Assembly: GCF_009914755.1 (NCBI RefSeq)
Contig: NC_060929.1
Source: the human T2T-CHM13v2.0 reference genome, Homo sapiens
Reading direction: 5' to 3' (one strand)
DNA length: 64,000 bases
Below the pieces are notes generated by a model that did no database searches, was not told the DNA's origin, and saw only the letters and a program-made list of their open reading frames with translations. Made by a program: the position numbers and the translations under genes. Shown here one piece after another: positions 1-16,215 of the stretch (positions are counted from its first letter, which is position 1; every line of letters starts with the position of its first letter).

Positions 1-89
1 GAGTATCAAATTCAAAAGAAAAAATCAATTGGCAGATTAATAACAACCAAAGGAAGAAGTTGGTGAAAATTATTTATTCTACTGGACAG

Positions 90-626
<537 letters not shown>

Positions 627-812
627 AATGAGTTTCTTTTAAGTCAAGAAACATAAGGAAAGAAGAAATGAACAAATGTAAACCTTTAAGAATAAGACAG
701 AAGTTGAAAAGGTCTACATAAAAGGGTCTTGATGTTACTATTTTATCGAGCGACCTGATTTGCAAGGGTTAAGTCAGGTGGTAACACTATCTTTTCTCTT
801 ATTGTCCTTTAA

Positions 813-1229
<417 letters not shown>

Positions 1230-1506
1230 TTTATTTTACCAATTGAGTAGTCCCTACAAATGTAATATTTAATCTCAAAGGCATGCAATTTAAAATAGTG
1301 TCTACTCTCCCAGTTCAGGCTTACCTTAGGTATACATGCATGGATTGATTTTTCTGTCTCCTTTGTTCACCTCTTTCTCTACTCCTTTTTTATTTTTTAC
1401 TCCTCCAGGATCTAGGTAGGTAGAAAGTAGAATAAGGGGGAAATTGCCCAGCCTATGTAGCTGGCATAATCTCATCTGTTGTTCTTGAGATAGAGGTACA
1501 ATTTGA

Positions 1507-1905
<399 letters not shown>

Positions 1906-2125
1906 TTGGCTGCTCTCAATTTTATCCTCATCTCTTGTCTTCTGGTTGTGCGGGTCACTTCACGCTTCTGTGCAGTTCTTAAGATGATCCTGGGATAACA
2001 CTCTACCTTGAGGTCCATGTTATTTCCCAGAAAACCTGCCACCTTTTCCAGCTATTGATGGAAGATCAGTTTCCTCCTGATGCAGCCTTTTCTCTCCTCT
2101 CTGCTGCAAAGCAGCTCACTCTAGG

Positions 2126-2171
2126 CTTTTGTCTTCAGACTTTTGTCTTCACCAACTTTTGTCTTCAGACT
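2126..2171. repeat. Short tandem triplication of CTTTTGTCTTCA
   Basis: Three adjacent 14-16 bp units are visible. Confidence 0.8.
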
Positions 2172-2228
2172 CCTTTCAGCAAGAAGAATCATATAACAAA
2201 CCTTACGTTCTCTAACGCAAGGAACACA

Positions 2229-2281
2229 ATCAATAGCCATACCACTCTGAACATGCCTGAACTCATCTGATCTTGGAAACT
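2229..2281 (+). pseudogene. 5S rRNA pseudogene fragment (nt 1-53), 3'-truncated
   Basis: Ungapped 41/53 match to human 5S (GTCTACGGCCATACCACCCTGAACGCGCCCGATCTCGTCTGATCTCGGAAGCT); 7 of 12 mismatches are CpG transitions. Confidence 0.88.
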
Positions 2282-2984
2282 CACTCAAGGGTTATATTTT
2301 AAGGTCTACTTGGGGTCCCTTTGAATCATTTTTCGCTTGTTGTCAGGCGAAGAGCAAGGACAAGATGTCACAATATTTCAGCTACTCTCCCCAGTGAAAT
2401 TCTCTCATGGCCTCTCAAGCTTCAATCTCTTATACATTCAAAAGGTAGTGATGGGCTTATGTAGCAAAATTGGTTCTGAGCCATATTCTTTACAAGTCCT
2501 GTGTGGCTGGTTTAGCATTGCTCTTTAGAATGGGGGAGGATTTGGCAACTATTGTGTTATTCTCAGCCAAGGACCTATGCAGAAAATTCAAGACAACAGG
2601 AAGAGTCGAATTTAACATCCTGATACATTAGTAAAATGGGAGATTAGATCATTTATTGAACTTGAACGAGGGCATTTAGGGATTTTTGTGGTTAATATAA
2701 AAGAAAAAGAGACTCCAATAAATGGGGTGGACAGTCAATTAGCAGTGAGGAAAAGATTTGGTAAATAACAATTGTGAGGTTTGATAACATCAATCTGAAC
2801 TACAAGTCATCAATACAGTTATGGGAATTTTGCTGTCAAATTCAGTAATTTGGAAACTAGAGAGAAAAATGAATAGAGATATTCTTTTCCAGTGATGATG
2901 ATTCACAAAATGTTTTGCAGCATAAGATTGTAATAACCAATGGTCAAGTCCCGGGAGAAAAAACAGACTAGGTAGAAAGGGAAT

Positions 2985-3167
2985 AACAGTAACAACCTTA
3001 ACCATTCATTAAGCACTTCCTGTATGCCAAAGTCTTTGTACATATTCCTTATGTAATATTATCTGTGTTTTACAGAAATAAAGAAAAAGAGAGTCTTAGA
3101 CTAAGTAACTTTTCCCTAATGTTTCAGAGCTGTTAGTGGTAATGGGATTTGAACTCAGATCTGTCGC
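2985..3167 (-). mobile_element. MIR
   Basis: CATTCATTAAGCACTTCCTGTATGCCA...TTTTACAGA...AAGTAACTT...GGGATTTGAACTCAGATCTGTC. Confidence 0.75.
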
Positions 3168-3199
3168 ACACAGAGTCAGCACTCAGAGGTAAATGAGAA

Positions 3200-3700
3200 A
3201 GATACAAGTAGACTTAAAGATGAATAATTATACAGCCACATGCAAAGAAGAATGGAGGCACATGCAAAGTAGAGTGATAGGAGCTTGTAAATCAAGAGTC
3301 CAAATTCAAAGTTACTGTCATTGAGTATTAATGAAGAACAAGTGTGGCTGTGCAAATGGGTTGTCAAAGTAGCATAGAGCTGCAGGTCACTGGAGTAGAA
3401 ATAAATCAAAGGATTGATAACAAGGAAGTTGTTTCCTTGATCTTTTTGAATGTTGCATCCACCCATGGAAAAGTTGAAAGATTGGATGCCAAGTGGGAAA
3501 TATGTGATTGAGAGAATAAAGATGTCAAAGAATTTAGGGAAATGCCATGGAAGTGCATAAAGTTTAGTGGCGAAAATGAAAAAAAAGTTAAATGATATGG
3601 GCTTCACAGAGATCTAGAATTGTTAGAAGAACGGAATGGCAAAATAATTGAGAAGTGAAAATGGGAAGGAAACAAAATTTCAACATGGAATTTCTGAAGC
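3200..3700 (-). mobile_element. Probable L2 internal fragment
   Basis: Purine-rich stretch with GGTCACTGGAGT...CATCCACCCATGGA...GTTGAA resembling antisense L2 ORF2; highly diverged. Confidence 0.35.
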
Positions 3701-3794
3701 TCCAAGTTACGAGAAAATGTGTCACCTCTTCAGGGAACTGAGCAGGATATGGGATTTGCAAGAAAAGAAAGTAGAAGATCATACTCTCCATTTT

Positions 3795-4058
3795 CTACCT
3801 CCCTGGAGAGGCCTTTCCTAGTCACTTGCTCTAAAGTAGTTCCTTCCTCCGGTCATTCTTCATCACCTTAGCATCTTTTATTTTCTTCACCATACTCATT
3901 ATTAAATAAAACTGCTTATTTGTTTTTTAATACTTTACCCACCACTAACATATGAGCTCCCAAGAGTAGCGACTTTGATTTGTTGACCACTCCAGCCTCA
4001 TCATGGGGAGCAGAGCCTGGCCCCATAGCAAGTGCTCAGTAAATATGTGTTAAGTGAA
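3795..4058 (+). mobile_element. L2 3' end
   Basis: GAGAGGCCTTTCCT...TATGAGCTCC...AGAGCCTGGCCCCATAGCAAGTGCTCAGTAAATATGTGTT. Confidence 0.75.
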
Positions 4059-4115
4059 AGCTTGAGTTGGACTTGATGTTTGAGGAAAGTCTTGAGAATA
4101 TGCTCAAGTGTGTGG

Positions 4116-4411
4116 TTTTTTTGTTTGTTTGTTTTTGAGATGCAGTCTTGCTCTGTCACCAAGTCTGGAATGCAGTAGCGTGCTCAGCTCACTGCAACTT
4201 CCGCCTCCCAGGTTCAAGCAATTCTCCTATCTCAGCCTCCTGAGTAGCTGAGACCACAGGCACACGCCACCATGCCAGGCTAATTTTTGTATTTTTAGTA
4301 GAGATGAGGTTTTACCATACTGGTTGGTCTCGAAATCCTGACCTCAGGTGATCCACCCTCCTCAGCCTCCCAAAGTACTGGGATTACAGGTGTGAGCAAT
4401 CACCCATGGTC
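4116..4411 (-). mobile_element. AluS (Sx/Sz-like)
   Basis: Dimer with CCTGACCTCAGGTGATCC and (TTTG)n tail. Confidence 0.88.
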
Positions 4412-4844
4412 AAGTTTGTCTGTTTGTTTGTTTTTTTAACAGAATAAAGATGTATCAAAGAACAGAAACAGGAAAAGTGGTTAATGTGATCAAGAAGAAT
4501 CGACCTGAACTAGATGGAAGAAGTGTTTAGCAAAACATAAAATATACCTAACCAGAGAATTTTAATTTTCATTTGTAAATGAAATCAATGTAAATGAAAT
4601 GTAAATGTAATTCAGGAGATGCCTTGAGTGATGGAGCTGCAGAGGTGTGAAGCAACAGACATATGGATCAAGTTCAATATGGGAAGACAAACAGACTACG
4701 GGACCCTGTGCTTCTACCTGGAATGACTACTTGGTATTTGGCACCTAAATGGGAGTGGGATGAACTGTGATTTGGTCACTACCTGTGATTCTACCTGACT
4801 TCATTTGTATGTGACTGCTGAGGAATGTTAATAAGGACACATAT

Positions 4845-5124
4845 TTTAGAAGTCTGAGGCCGGTGGATCACGAGGTCAAAAGATGGAGACCATCCTGGCC
4901 AACATGGTGAAACCCCGTCTCTACTAAAAATACAAAAATTGGCTGGGTGTGGTGGTGCACCCCTGTAGTACCAGCTACTCGGGAAGTTGAGGCAGGAGAA
5001 TCCTTGAACCTGGGAGGCAGAGGTTGCGGTGAGCCAAGATCACGCCACTGCACTCTAGCCTGGCGACAGAGCAAGACTCTGTCTCTAAATAAATAAATAA
5101 ATAAATAAATACATAAATAAATAA
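4845..5124 (+). mobile_element. AluSc-like, 5'-truncated
   Basis: Lacks roughly the first 35 nt; CCTGGCGACAGAG diagnostic; (TAAA)n tail; 15-bp TSD AATAAGGACACATAT at 4830 and 5125. Confidence 0.92.
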
Positions 5125-6048
5125 AATAAGGACACATATGATCTCTTCTTTTCCCATTCTTCTTATATTTATCTTGAAGTCATAAATGACTCTCTGTTTA
5201 GCATTAAACAGCAGACCATGGTTTTTTGGGGGTAAAATGGAGTATTAACGTAATTCCTTAAATAATTTTGTTTCTTAAGGTAAGAAAGCTGCTACTGGAG
5301 AGGACTATAGTGGAGAGTTCAACCACACAATTTCATTTGCTTACAGGGTTTCAAATGATAGAAGAGAGAGAAAATGGGCAACTGAGGTTATGATTATCTC
5401 ATAATGTTAAAGTCTAAAATAGGTAGGGAAGTCAGTGTGGAGGCAAGCAGTAGGCTGAGAAAGCTGGAATTTTTTGGCAAACAAAGCAGAATTTGGATCA
5501 AATGAACAGTATGACTGTCAGACTACACTAAATTTGCTTAAGGTTCGACACTGGCATTAATCAGAAACAAAACGCCTGCCCATAATAACTACTTGAACTT
5601 TTGTTCCAAGCAAGTGAGGTGGTCTGATGAAGCCTCATGAACTCCCTGGCAACAGAGCTTTCCAAAAATAGTCTGCTCTAGTGATAGTTTAAAAAGAAAA
5701 AGGGACAAGGTCCTTGAGTTTGTGTTTGCAGCTTATTTAGACTTGAATTGACTGAAGAAAGGAAAATCATCCAAATGCTTAAAGAAATTGATTCTCTAAA
5801 TTCCAACCAAATAGTTTGGAAGGGTTGTTTATCCTAATACATTAGGGCTCATTAGATAAAACACAGGAATTGCCAGAGAGGATTAGTGGGGGTTCTTGTT
5901 TGTTTGTTTGTAGTTCCTTACCGGGATTTATAAAGTCAGCCTTAGAAGGAGGGATACAGCAGTGACTGATCTAAAAATAAATTAATTAAAATATAGGAAA
6001 ACGAGGGATTTGGTACATGATCTAGATTAAAACTTTGAACAAACATGG

Positions 6049-7488
6049 TGCGTCCGGAATTGGTGGGTTCTTGGTCTCACTGACTTTAAGAATGAAGCCG
6101 CGGACCATCGCAGTGAGTGTTACAGTTCTTAAAGGCCGCGTGTGCGGAGTTTGCTCCTTCTGATGTTCGGATGTGTTCGTTGTTTCTTCCTTCTGGTGGG
6201 TTCGTGGTCTTGCTGGCTCAGGAGTGAAGCTGCAGACCTTCGCGGTGAGTGTTACAGCTCTTAAGGTGGCGCGTCTGGAGTTATTCGTTCCTCCCAGTGG
6301 GTTCGCAGTCTCGCAGGCTTCAGGAGTGAAGCTGCAGACCTTCGCGGTGAATGTTAACAGCTCATAAAGGCAGTGTGGACCCAAAGAGTGAGCAGCAGCA
6401 AGATTTATTGCAAAGAGCAACAGAACGAAGCTTCCACACTGTAGAAGGCGACCTAACGGGTTGCCACTGCTAGTTCGGGCCGTCTGCTTTTATTCTCTTA
6501 TCTGGCCCCACCCACATCCTGCTGATTGGTCCATTTTACAGAGAGCCGAGTGGTCTGTTTTGACAGGGTGCTGATTGGTGCGTTTACAATCCCTGAGCTA
6601 GACACAAAGGTTCTCCAAGTCCCCACCAGATTAGCTAGATAGAGTGTGGACACAAAGGTTCTCCACGTCCCCACCAGAGTAGCTAGATACAGAGTGTCGA
6701 TTGGTGCATTCACAAATCCTGAGGTAGACACAGGGTGCTGATTGGTGTGTTTACAAACATTGAGCTAGAGACAGAGTGCTGATTGGTGAATTTACAATCC
6801 CTTAGCTAGACATAAAGGTTCTCCAAGTTCCCACTAGACTCAGGAGCTCAGCTGGCTTCACCCAGTGGATCTCGCACAGGGGCTGCAGGTGGAGCTGCCT
6901 GCCAGTCCCCTGCCGTGCGCCCACACTCCTCAGCCCTTGGGTGGTTGATGGGACTGGGTGCCGTGGAGCAGGGGGCGGCACTCATAGGGAAGGCTCGGGC
7001 TGCACAGGACCCCACGGAGGATGGGGGAGGCTCAGGCATGGCGGGCTGCAGGTCCCGAGCCCTGCCCCGTGGGGAGGCAGCTAAGGCCCGGCGAGAAATC
7101 GAGTGCAGCGCCGGTGGGCCGGCACTCCTGGGAAACCCAGCACACCCTCCGCAGCCACTGGCCCAGGTGCTAAGCTCTTCATTGCCCGGGGCCAGAAGGG
7201 CCGGCCGGCCACTCCGAATGTGGGGCCTACCAAGCCCACACCCACCCAGAACTCCAGCTGGCCTGCAAGCACTGCAGGCGGCCCCCGTTGCCGCTGGTGC
7301 CTCTCCCTCCACACCTCCCTGCAAGCTGAGGGAGCCGGCTCCAGCCTTGGCCAGCCCAGAAAGGGGCTCCTGCAGTGCAGCAGTGGGCTGAAGGGCTCCT
7401 CAAGCGCCGCCAGAGTGGGCGCCAAGGCCAAGGAGGCGCCGAGAGCGAGCAAGGGCTGTGAGGGCTGCCAGCACGCTGTCATCTCTCA
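6049..7488 (-). mobile_element. Solo LTR12 (ERV9 LTR, LTR12C/E-like)
   Basis: Minus strand starts TGAGAGATGACAGCGTGCTGGCAG and ends AAGAACCCACCAATTCCGGACGCA; 4-bp TSD ATGG at 6045-6048 and 7489-7492; GC-rich U3, tandem CCAAT units, repeated U5 unit GGAGTGAAGCTGCAGACCTTCGCGGTGA. Confidence 0.96.
6460..6800 (-). promoter_or_regulatory. LTR12 enhancer/promoter: five CCAAT boxes, GATA motifs, AATAAA TATA-equivalent
   Basis: ATTGG at 6525, 6574, 6700, 6741, 6782; minus-strand AATAAA at 6489-6494 (promoter box) and 6404-6409 (LTR polyA signal); roles taken from known ERV9 LTR architecture. Confidence 0.75.
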
Positions 7489-7714
7489 ATGGGAGAGATG
7501 CAGAGAACAAACAAAATTTAAAAACGTGGAGAGGCAGGAGGTCTCCTTACAGTTGTAGTCTCTGATAGGAAGCTGTGAAGGAGCTGTTACAAAGCCCAGA
7601 ACCAAGGTGCACCAGCCCTGTGTTGTTTGTGATATCAGAGGCTGTGTTACATAATGGCTAAGGCTGTGCCACTCTGTAGGTAGACTGCTGGTTTCATAAC
7701 CCAGCGAGATCACT

Positions 7715-7850
7715 TCTTTGCAGATTTTGGGCAAATTACTTTGCCTCTCTGAATGCCTGTGTTCTCATCTGTGAGGATAATAATGGAATCTACCACATAG
7801 GTTTGGGATGAGGATTAAATGAGAGAATTCATGAAATAATATCTAGCCTT
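7715..7850 (+). mobile_element. MIR
   Basis: TTGGGCAAATTACTTTGCCTCTCTGA...TTCTCATCTGTGA...TGAGGATTAAATGAGA core. Confidence 0.8.
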
Positions 7851-7869
7851 TCATAAATATTATTTTTAC

Positions 7870-7902
7870 CATCACCATTACTATCATCATCATCATCATC
7901 AT
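7870..7902. repeat. (ATC)n microsatellite, imperfect
   Basis: CATCACCATTACTATCATCATCATCATCATCAT. Confidence 0.8.
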
Positions 7903-7959
7903 TTCTGGTGCTTATTACAGTGCCTGACACATGGCAGATACTTAGAAATATGTGATGAC

Positions 7960-8362
<403 letters not shown>

Positions 8363-8379
8363 TCACAAGAGGTTAAATC

Positions 8380-9175
<796 letters not shown>

Positions 9176-10014
9176 AGGGGCCCGAGGTAAATTATTAAAA
9201 TGCAAATCCCCCTGGAATGCGCAGCCCCTAACAAAACTGTTATCAGCAAGTGTCACCAGAGAGAGGACTGGAGGGTGTTATATGTGAACATCTGGGGGAG
9301 GAAAGATAAAAGGAGAAGTGGGAGGGAGCCAGAGGCAAAACCTGCCTATTCCATCATTTCAGCTAAAACTGGTCAGAATACTGAGAAAGAGAGGATGAAG
9401 AGAGGCCATTATGAGCACTCATGAAAGAAGAGTTAAGGAGGGTATTTCAAAGCAATAGGTCTTGGGAAAAATGGATAAATTAATAATTAAAAATACTCTT
9501 TTCCAGTCAACACAAGTACAGTCAGGAAGTTTTAAAACTGCACACATAGAAATACAGGATTATTTTCCATTTACCTCCATCAATCTCATGTTTGTTTCTT
9601 AGAGACACAAATACCTTTGCACTTTTAAATCTGTGAAATGTTTGGGGAAATTGAGAATTCTCTGTTTGTACCACTGCAGAGCCCATTTTTGTTCTGCCTA
9701 AGCTTGCTGCTCTTGTCATTGAGAATGGCCTTGTCACATATTTGCAGAATGTCTGCCTTTGATTTTGGTCATGAACTATACTTTTGAAATGCATCCAGAA
9801 GCTCCCATCACCGCAGATGCTGGCCCTGCCCCTGTCTTCAGGTGCTGATTTCCTATTATTGTCTACATCATTGATTTAGGACCCACTGCATTTAATTCTC
9901 TATTCAAGGAAGGCCAGACAATAAAACAGAAATAGAAGATATAATCTTAGCCCTTTGGGAGCTTAAATTCTAGCAGAGATGACAAAAAAAATTATATAAT
10001 AACAATGGAAGATG

Positions 10015-10120
10015 TTCCTATAGTATTATAGTGTATATAATATACATATATACACTATATATATAGTACTAGTATACCACAGTATATAGGACATTTAGTA
10101 TAGTATACTATAGTATCATA
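10015..10120. repeat. TA-rich low-complexity tract with a 13-bp inverted repeat
   Basis: TATAGTGTATATA (10027-10039) pairs with TATATACACTATA (10047-10059). Confidence 0.8.
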
Positions 10121-10146
10121 TTGCTGAAAAGTACTGCCTTGCAAAT

Positions 10147-10313
10147 AGAAAAACCAGGGCTGGAATTGTGTGTCTCTATTGACCAAGTGGTTGACTTTAG
10201 GCTTATCTGTAAAAATAAAATAATGATATGTACTTCCTGGGTGGTTGAGGATGAAAGGAAATAACATTTGTTCAGCAATCAGCATACAGTGCCTAGCTTA
10301 TAGTAAGTGCCCC
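10147..10313 (+). mobile_element. MIR
   Basis: CTTATCTGTAAAA...TGAGGATGAAAGGAAATAAC...ACAGTGCCTAGCTTATAGTAAGTGC. Confidence 0.75.
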
Positions 10314-10449
10314 AAAAGGCAGATTTATAAAATGTTGCTTGCCTTTACACAGTTTATAACTAGTTACAGAAAAAAATATATATTGGGGAAAAATACAAAT
10401 AGCAAATCTGTCGCTACCTAACTCTGGAATATAGTAATAAGATGTTTTA

Positions 10450-10746
<297 letters not shown>

Positions 10747-10842
10747 TCAAGTTAATAACTGATGACTTATAAATAATGACAAAAGAGATTGTTATATGCA
10801 GTGTTAAGGTCTGCCAAATTTTATAGATACATAAGTATTGCC

Positions 10843-11253
<411 letters not shown>

Positions 11254-11661
11254 TTCAATGGGATTTTATATGCATACACCCATGTGACCACCACCAGTCA
11301 AGATATAGAATATTTCCATCACACTAGAAATTTCTTATTTCCCCCTTCTATCTACAATTGTTGCCTTCCACTTCCAATTAACTATTATACTGACTTCAAT
11401 CACCATAAATTAATTTTGTGTAGTGTTACCTTTATATAAATGTATTGTTCTCTATGGACTGTTTTGTATCTGGCTTTTTGCAGTAAATATTTTTTTCTGT
11501 GACAGAAAAGCTAGGTAAAGCAAAGTCTGAGAGTTCCAGTGGCTTCACATCCTGATCAACACTTGATAATGCCAGTTTTTACATTTAGACACACTGGGGA
11601 AGGGAGGGTGTATTGGTATCTTGTGATTTTTGATTTGCTTTTTTCCTGTGTCTAATGATGA

Positions 11662-11980
<319 letters not shown>

Positions 11981-12224
11981 CACTTTTTTATATTCTTACT
12001 GGCCATTGAGATATTTTCTTTTTACTCTCTCTCTTTCTCTTTGTAAAATAACTGTTCATGTCCCTTGCCCATTTTTCAAACTCGTTATTTAAATTTTTAA
12101 AAGAATTTACCTCCTTATATTCCAGATAAAGTTGAGAATATCTTCTGTCTACAACTTGCCATTTCACTCTCTTAATCTCTTTTCTTGATGAAAAGAAATT
12201 CTTAATTTTATTGAATTCCAATAA

Positions 12225-12378
12225 TTTTTCAAGAGACAGGGTCTCACTCTGTCAGCCAGACTGGAGTGCAATGGCACAATCATACTTCAGTGCAGCCTCA
12301 AACTCCTGGGCTCAAGTAATTCTCCCACCTGGGCCTCCCAAAATGTTAGGATTACAGGTGTGACCTGCGCATGTGGCC
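12225..12378 (-). mobile_element. Old Alu monomer (FRAM-like, or AluJ collapsed by inter-arm recombination)
   Basis: Single ~150-nt unit joining right-arm 3' sequence to a left-arm-like 5' end; CTCCTGGGCTCAAG is J-type. Confidence 0.75.
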
Positions 12379-12407
12379 AAAATGTTCTTTTATAAATAGT
12401 GTTTGAG

Positions 12408-13010
<603 letters not shown>

Positions 13011-13507
13011 ATTAGTGTTTGTATGAACTTAAGAAATCTTTGCTTATCAAAGTAGTCTGGATGCTATTTCAATTCTTTTAAGGTGTCTGTTTTGGAATAC
13101 CAACAATCAGAGACCTGTCAAAAGTCTTCAAATACTTGTGATTCCCAGTTAAAGGATTTGCCTAAGGTATGTCAGATCTTATCACTACTATTTTCAACCT
13201 TTTAATCCAAATGTGAGAGTTTTTAAACCCCGAGCTCTAAAACTCGGTGACTCTGGGCAAGTTTCAGAACCTTGTCTACAGCCCACCACCCATGGCTGGG
13301 ACACTGTCTGGAGCTGCTGGAAACAATTCCAGCTATGGGATGAGGATAAGGGCTTTTGCTTCCTTCCTTCATTTTTGTTGAATAAATGCATTTATTCCCA
13401 GAATAAATTTGGCCCCAGATGACTATTATACAATTGTGAGTCTGTTCTTTTGTTCTGTCTTCCAAACATTTTCTAAATGTTTGGTGAAGAATATCTGTGA
13501 CTAAGGC

Positions 13508-13530
13508 GGGGGCTGGGGTCGGGGGCGGGG
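13508..13530 (+). other. Potential G-quadruplex / GC box
   Basis: G5-CT-G4-TC-G5-C-G4, includes GGGGCGGGG. Confidence 0.7.
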
Positions 13531-13764
13531 TTCTGTCTTGTAATTATCTTCACCAGGACAGAAATAATTGGTCTATTACGAATCCAATTTCCACTTCTTT
13601 TTAACTTATATGAAACATCAGAAAGCAAATTTCTCCCTAATCTATAAAGAATCAAAATAGACTTCTTAATAATGAAGTTTGAGGCTATTTATTTGAAAAT
13701 ATTACTTATTCCCCTTTATAGCTCAATGTTCAGTGTTAATGGAGGAATGGAATTGAAATAAAAC

Positions 13765-14180
13765 TGTATTAGTTTGCTAGGGCTGCCATAACAAAATACT
13801 ACAGACTAGGTAGTTTAAATAGCAGAAATTGATTTTCTCACAGTTCTGTATACTGAAAGTCCAAGATCAAGGTGTTGGCTGATTTGATTCCCTCTGAGGC
13901 CTCTCACTGTATTGCAGATGGCCACCCTCTCACTGAGTCTTCTCTTGGTGTTTCCTCTGTGCTCATGTAACCATGATATCACTTTTTGTGTCCAAGTTTC
14001 CTGTCTTATAAGGACACCATTCATGTTGGATTACAGCCCACCCTAATACCCTCATTTTAAATTAATCACCTCTTTAAGGGCCCTATATCCACATGCAGTC
14101 ATATTCTGAGGTACTAGTGTTTAGGACTTCAACTTGTGATTTTGGAAGGTTGAGGGAGGCACACAACTGGGCCCATAACA
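13765..14180 (-). mobile_element. MaLR solo LTR (MLT1B-like)
   Basis: TGTATTAGTTTGCTAGGGCTGCCATAACAAAATAC...GTCCAAGATCAAGGTG...CATATTCTGAGGTACT...CCCATAACA. Confidence 0.88.
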
Positions 14181-14237
14181 ATCACTAATGGGTATTTTAG
14201 AAGAATGTGTTGGGGGAAAGTGCCAGATTAAAAAGCA

Positions 14238-14559
<322 letters not shown>

Positions 14560-14958
14560 AGAATACATTTGACAATCTACAATATGTAACTGTCAAAGAA
14601 GCCAAGCGTTCAAGTAACGAATTAAACATGGAAACCCCACAAAACAACATTAACTGAATGTGCAAATGAGTCGGTAGGAGACTGAATAGATGGGGTGCTG
14701 AGGAGATCAGGTTTAGTGGCACAGCACACATTAAGCCAAGAGGGATCACGAAGAGAAATTTTCTGATTGAGAAAATTTGAGAGCCGGCTTCAAAGGAGAT
14801 GAAGATGATGCATTTTCTGGAAAATGGAGGATATCATCTCAGAGAAGAAAATTAAGTACACATACCAAGGCTGTCAGTTGAAATGATAAGATAGTAAGTT
14901 ATCTTTCCTTGGTTCTTTTCAAGTCTGCCTTCATGGAACTTAGTTTGATGTATACAAA

Positions 14959-15222
<264 letters not shown>

Positions 15223-15694
15223 AAGAAAATAAAAATATTACTAAAGCACCTCTGCAACCAAATTCTCATGAGATTTAAGCTCTTGTTTCTTGAAGGAGAA
15301 AAAATATCCCCTCACTCTACTCTTTAACACTAATCAAAATTTACAACTGTGCTCTTAGGAATGTCTCCAAATCCTAGGACCCAGATACCTTGTGGAAGAC
15401 TTTAATTTCCTGTGGGCATGTAAGAACAACCATCTAATACAGCAGTTCATGCCTGCGATCCGTGAAAGAGAGAAACGTGGGACTATAGCTAGCTCCTCCT
15501 GTCATGGCTCAGGACCCACAGCCTTTCTCATGTCTACCAGGGCTCAAGCAAGGCAGCTGTTGGGTATATCCGAGGAGTAAAACACTTGAGAACTGCTTGC
15601 CTAATGAGCTACACGTCAAAAACGTAGCAGACTACTCTGTCCATTAAAAATGGAATTGTTATGAAATAAAATTGGACTATACATATTGTTCATT

Positions 15695-16215
15695 TTTCTC
15701 CTTATAAAACTATGCCCATTATTTAAAATAAGTCAAACAATACAGCAGAGGATAAAGAAGAAAAAAAAAAGTTGGCTGAAAATCCCCCACCCTGAATTAA
15801 CCATTGTTATCTTTTTGGTGACTATTATTTTCAACATCTGTCTATGACTAGGTATTTATAATATTTTACATAATAGAGATCATACCATACTGGCTTATTG
15901 GCAAGCTGCTTTTATCATTTAACAAAAAGTCATGGACACCTTTTTATGTCAACATAGTTAGAGCTACATCGTTATTTTTAATGGCTGCATGGTACTCCTT
16001 TGTGTGGATAAACCCTCATTTTTAACACTGATTCTCCTTTGAAGAACCTTGAAATTGTTTCCAACTTTTTGCTATTATAAGCAGGCTTTAATGAACATCC
16101 TTGTGCACCATTGTGCACTGGTCCTGCTATTTTCTTTGGATAAATTACTAGAATCTCGAGACATTCTTAAAATGGCTGTTTGTGGATAAGATGTAAAATT
16201 GTCCCAAAATATATC
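15695..16215 (-). mobile_element. L1ME4-like fragment
   Basis: TTTTTAATGGCTGCATGGTACTCC...TTGTTTCCAACTTTTTGCTATTATAA...ATGAACATCCTTGT. Confidence 0.75.

Noticed and set aside
5262-5286. Plus-strand TTTTGTTTCTTAAG|GTAAGA recursive-site-like motif
   Set aside because: AAG acceptor and short tract are weak; it shows that AG|GT motifs occur by chance
6541-6830. Regularly spaced ~40-bp repeats resembling a CRISPR or other array
   Set aside because: Known tandem enhancer units of the ERV9 LTR U3; no unique spacers, and the DNA is eukaryotic
6022-7558. Overlapping 130-158 aa ORFs on both strands
   Set aside because: They lie essentially within the GC-rich LTR12, where stop codons are scarce; no gag/pol/env sequence
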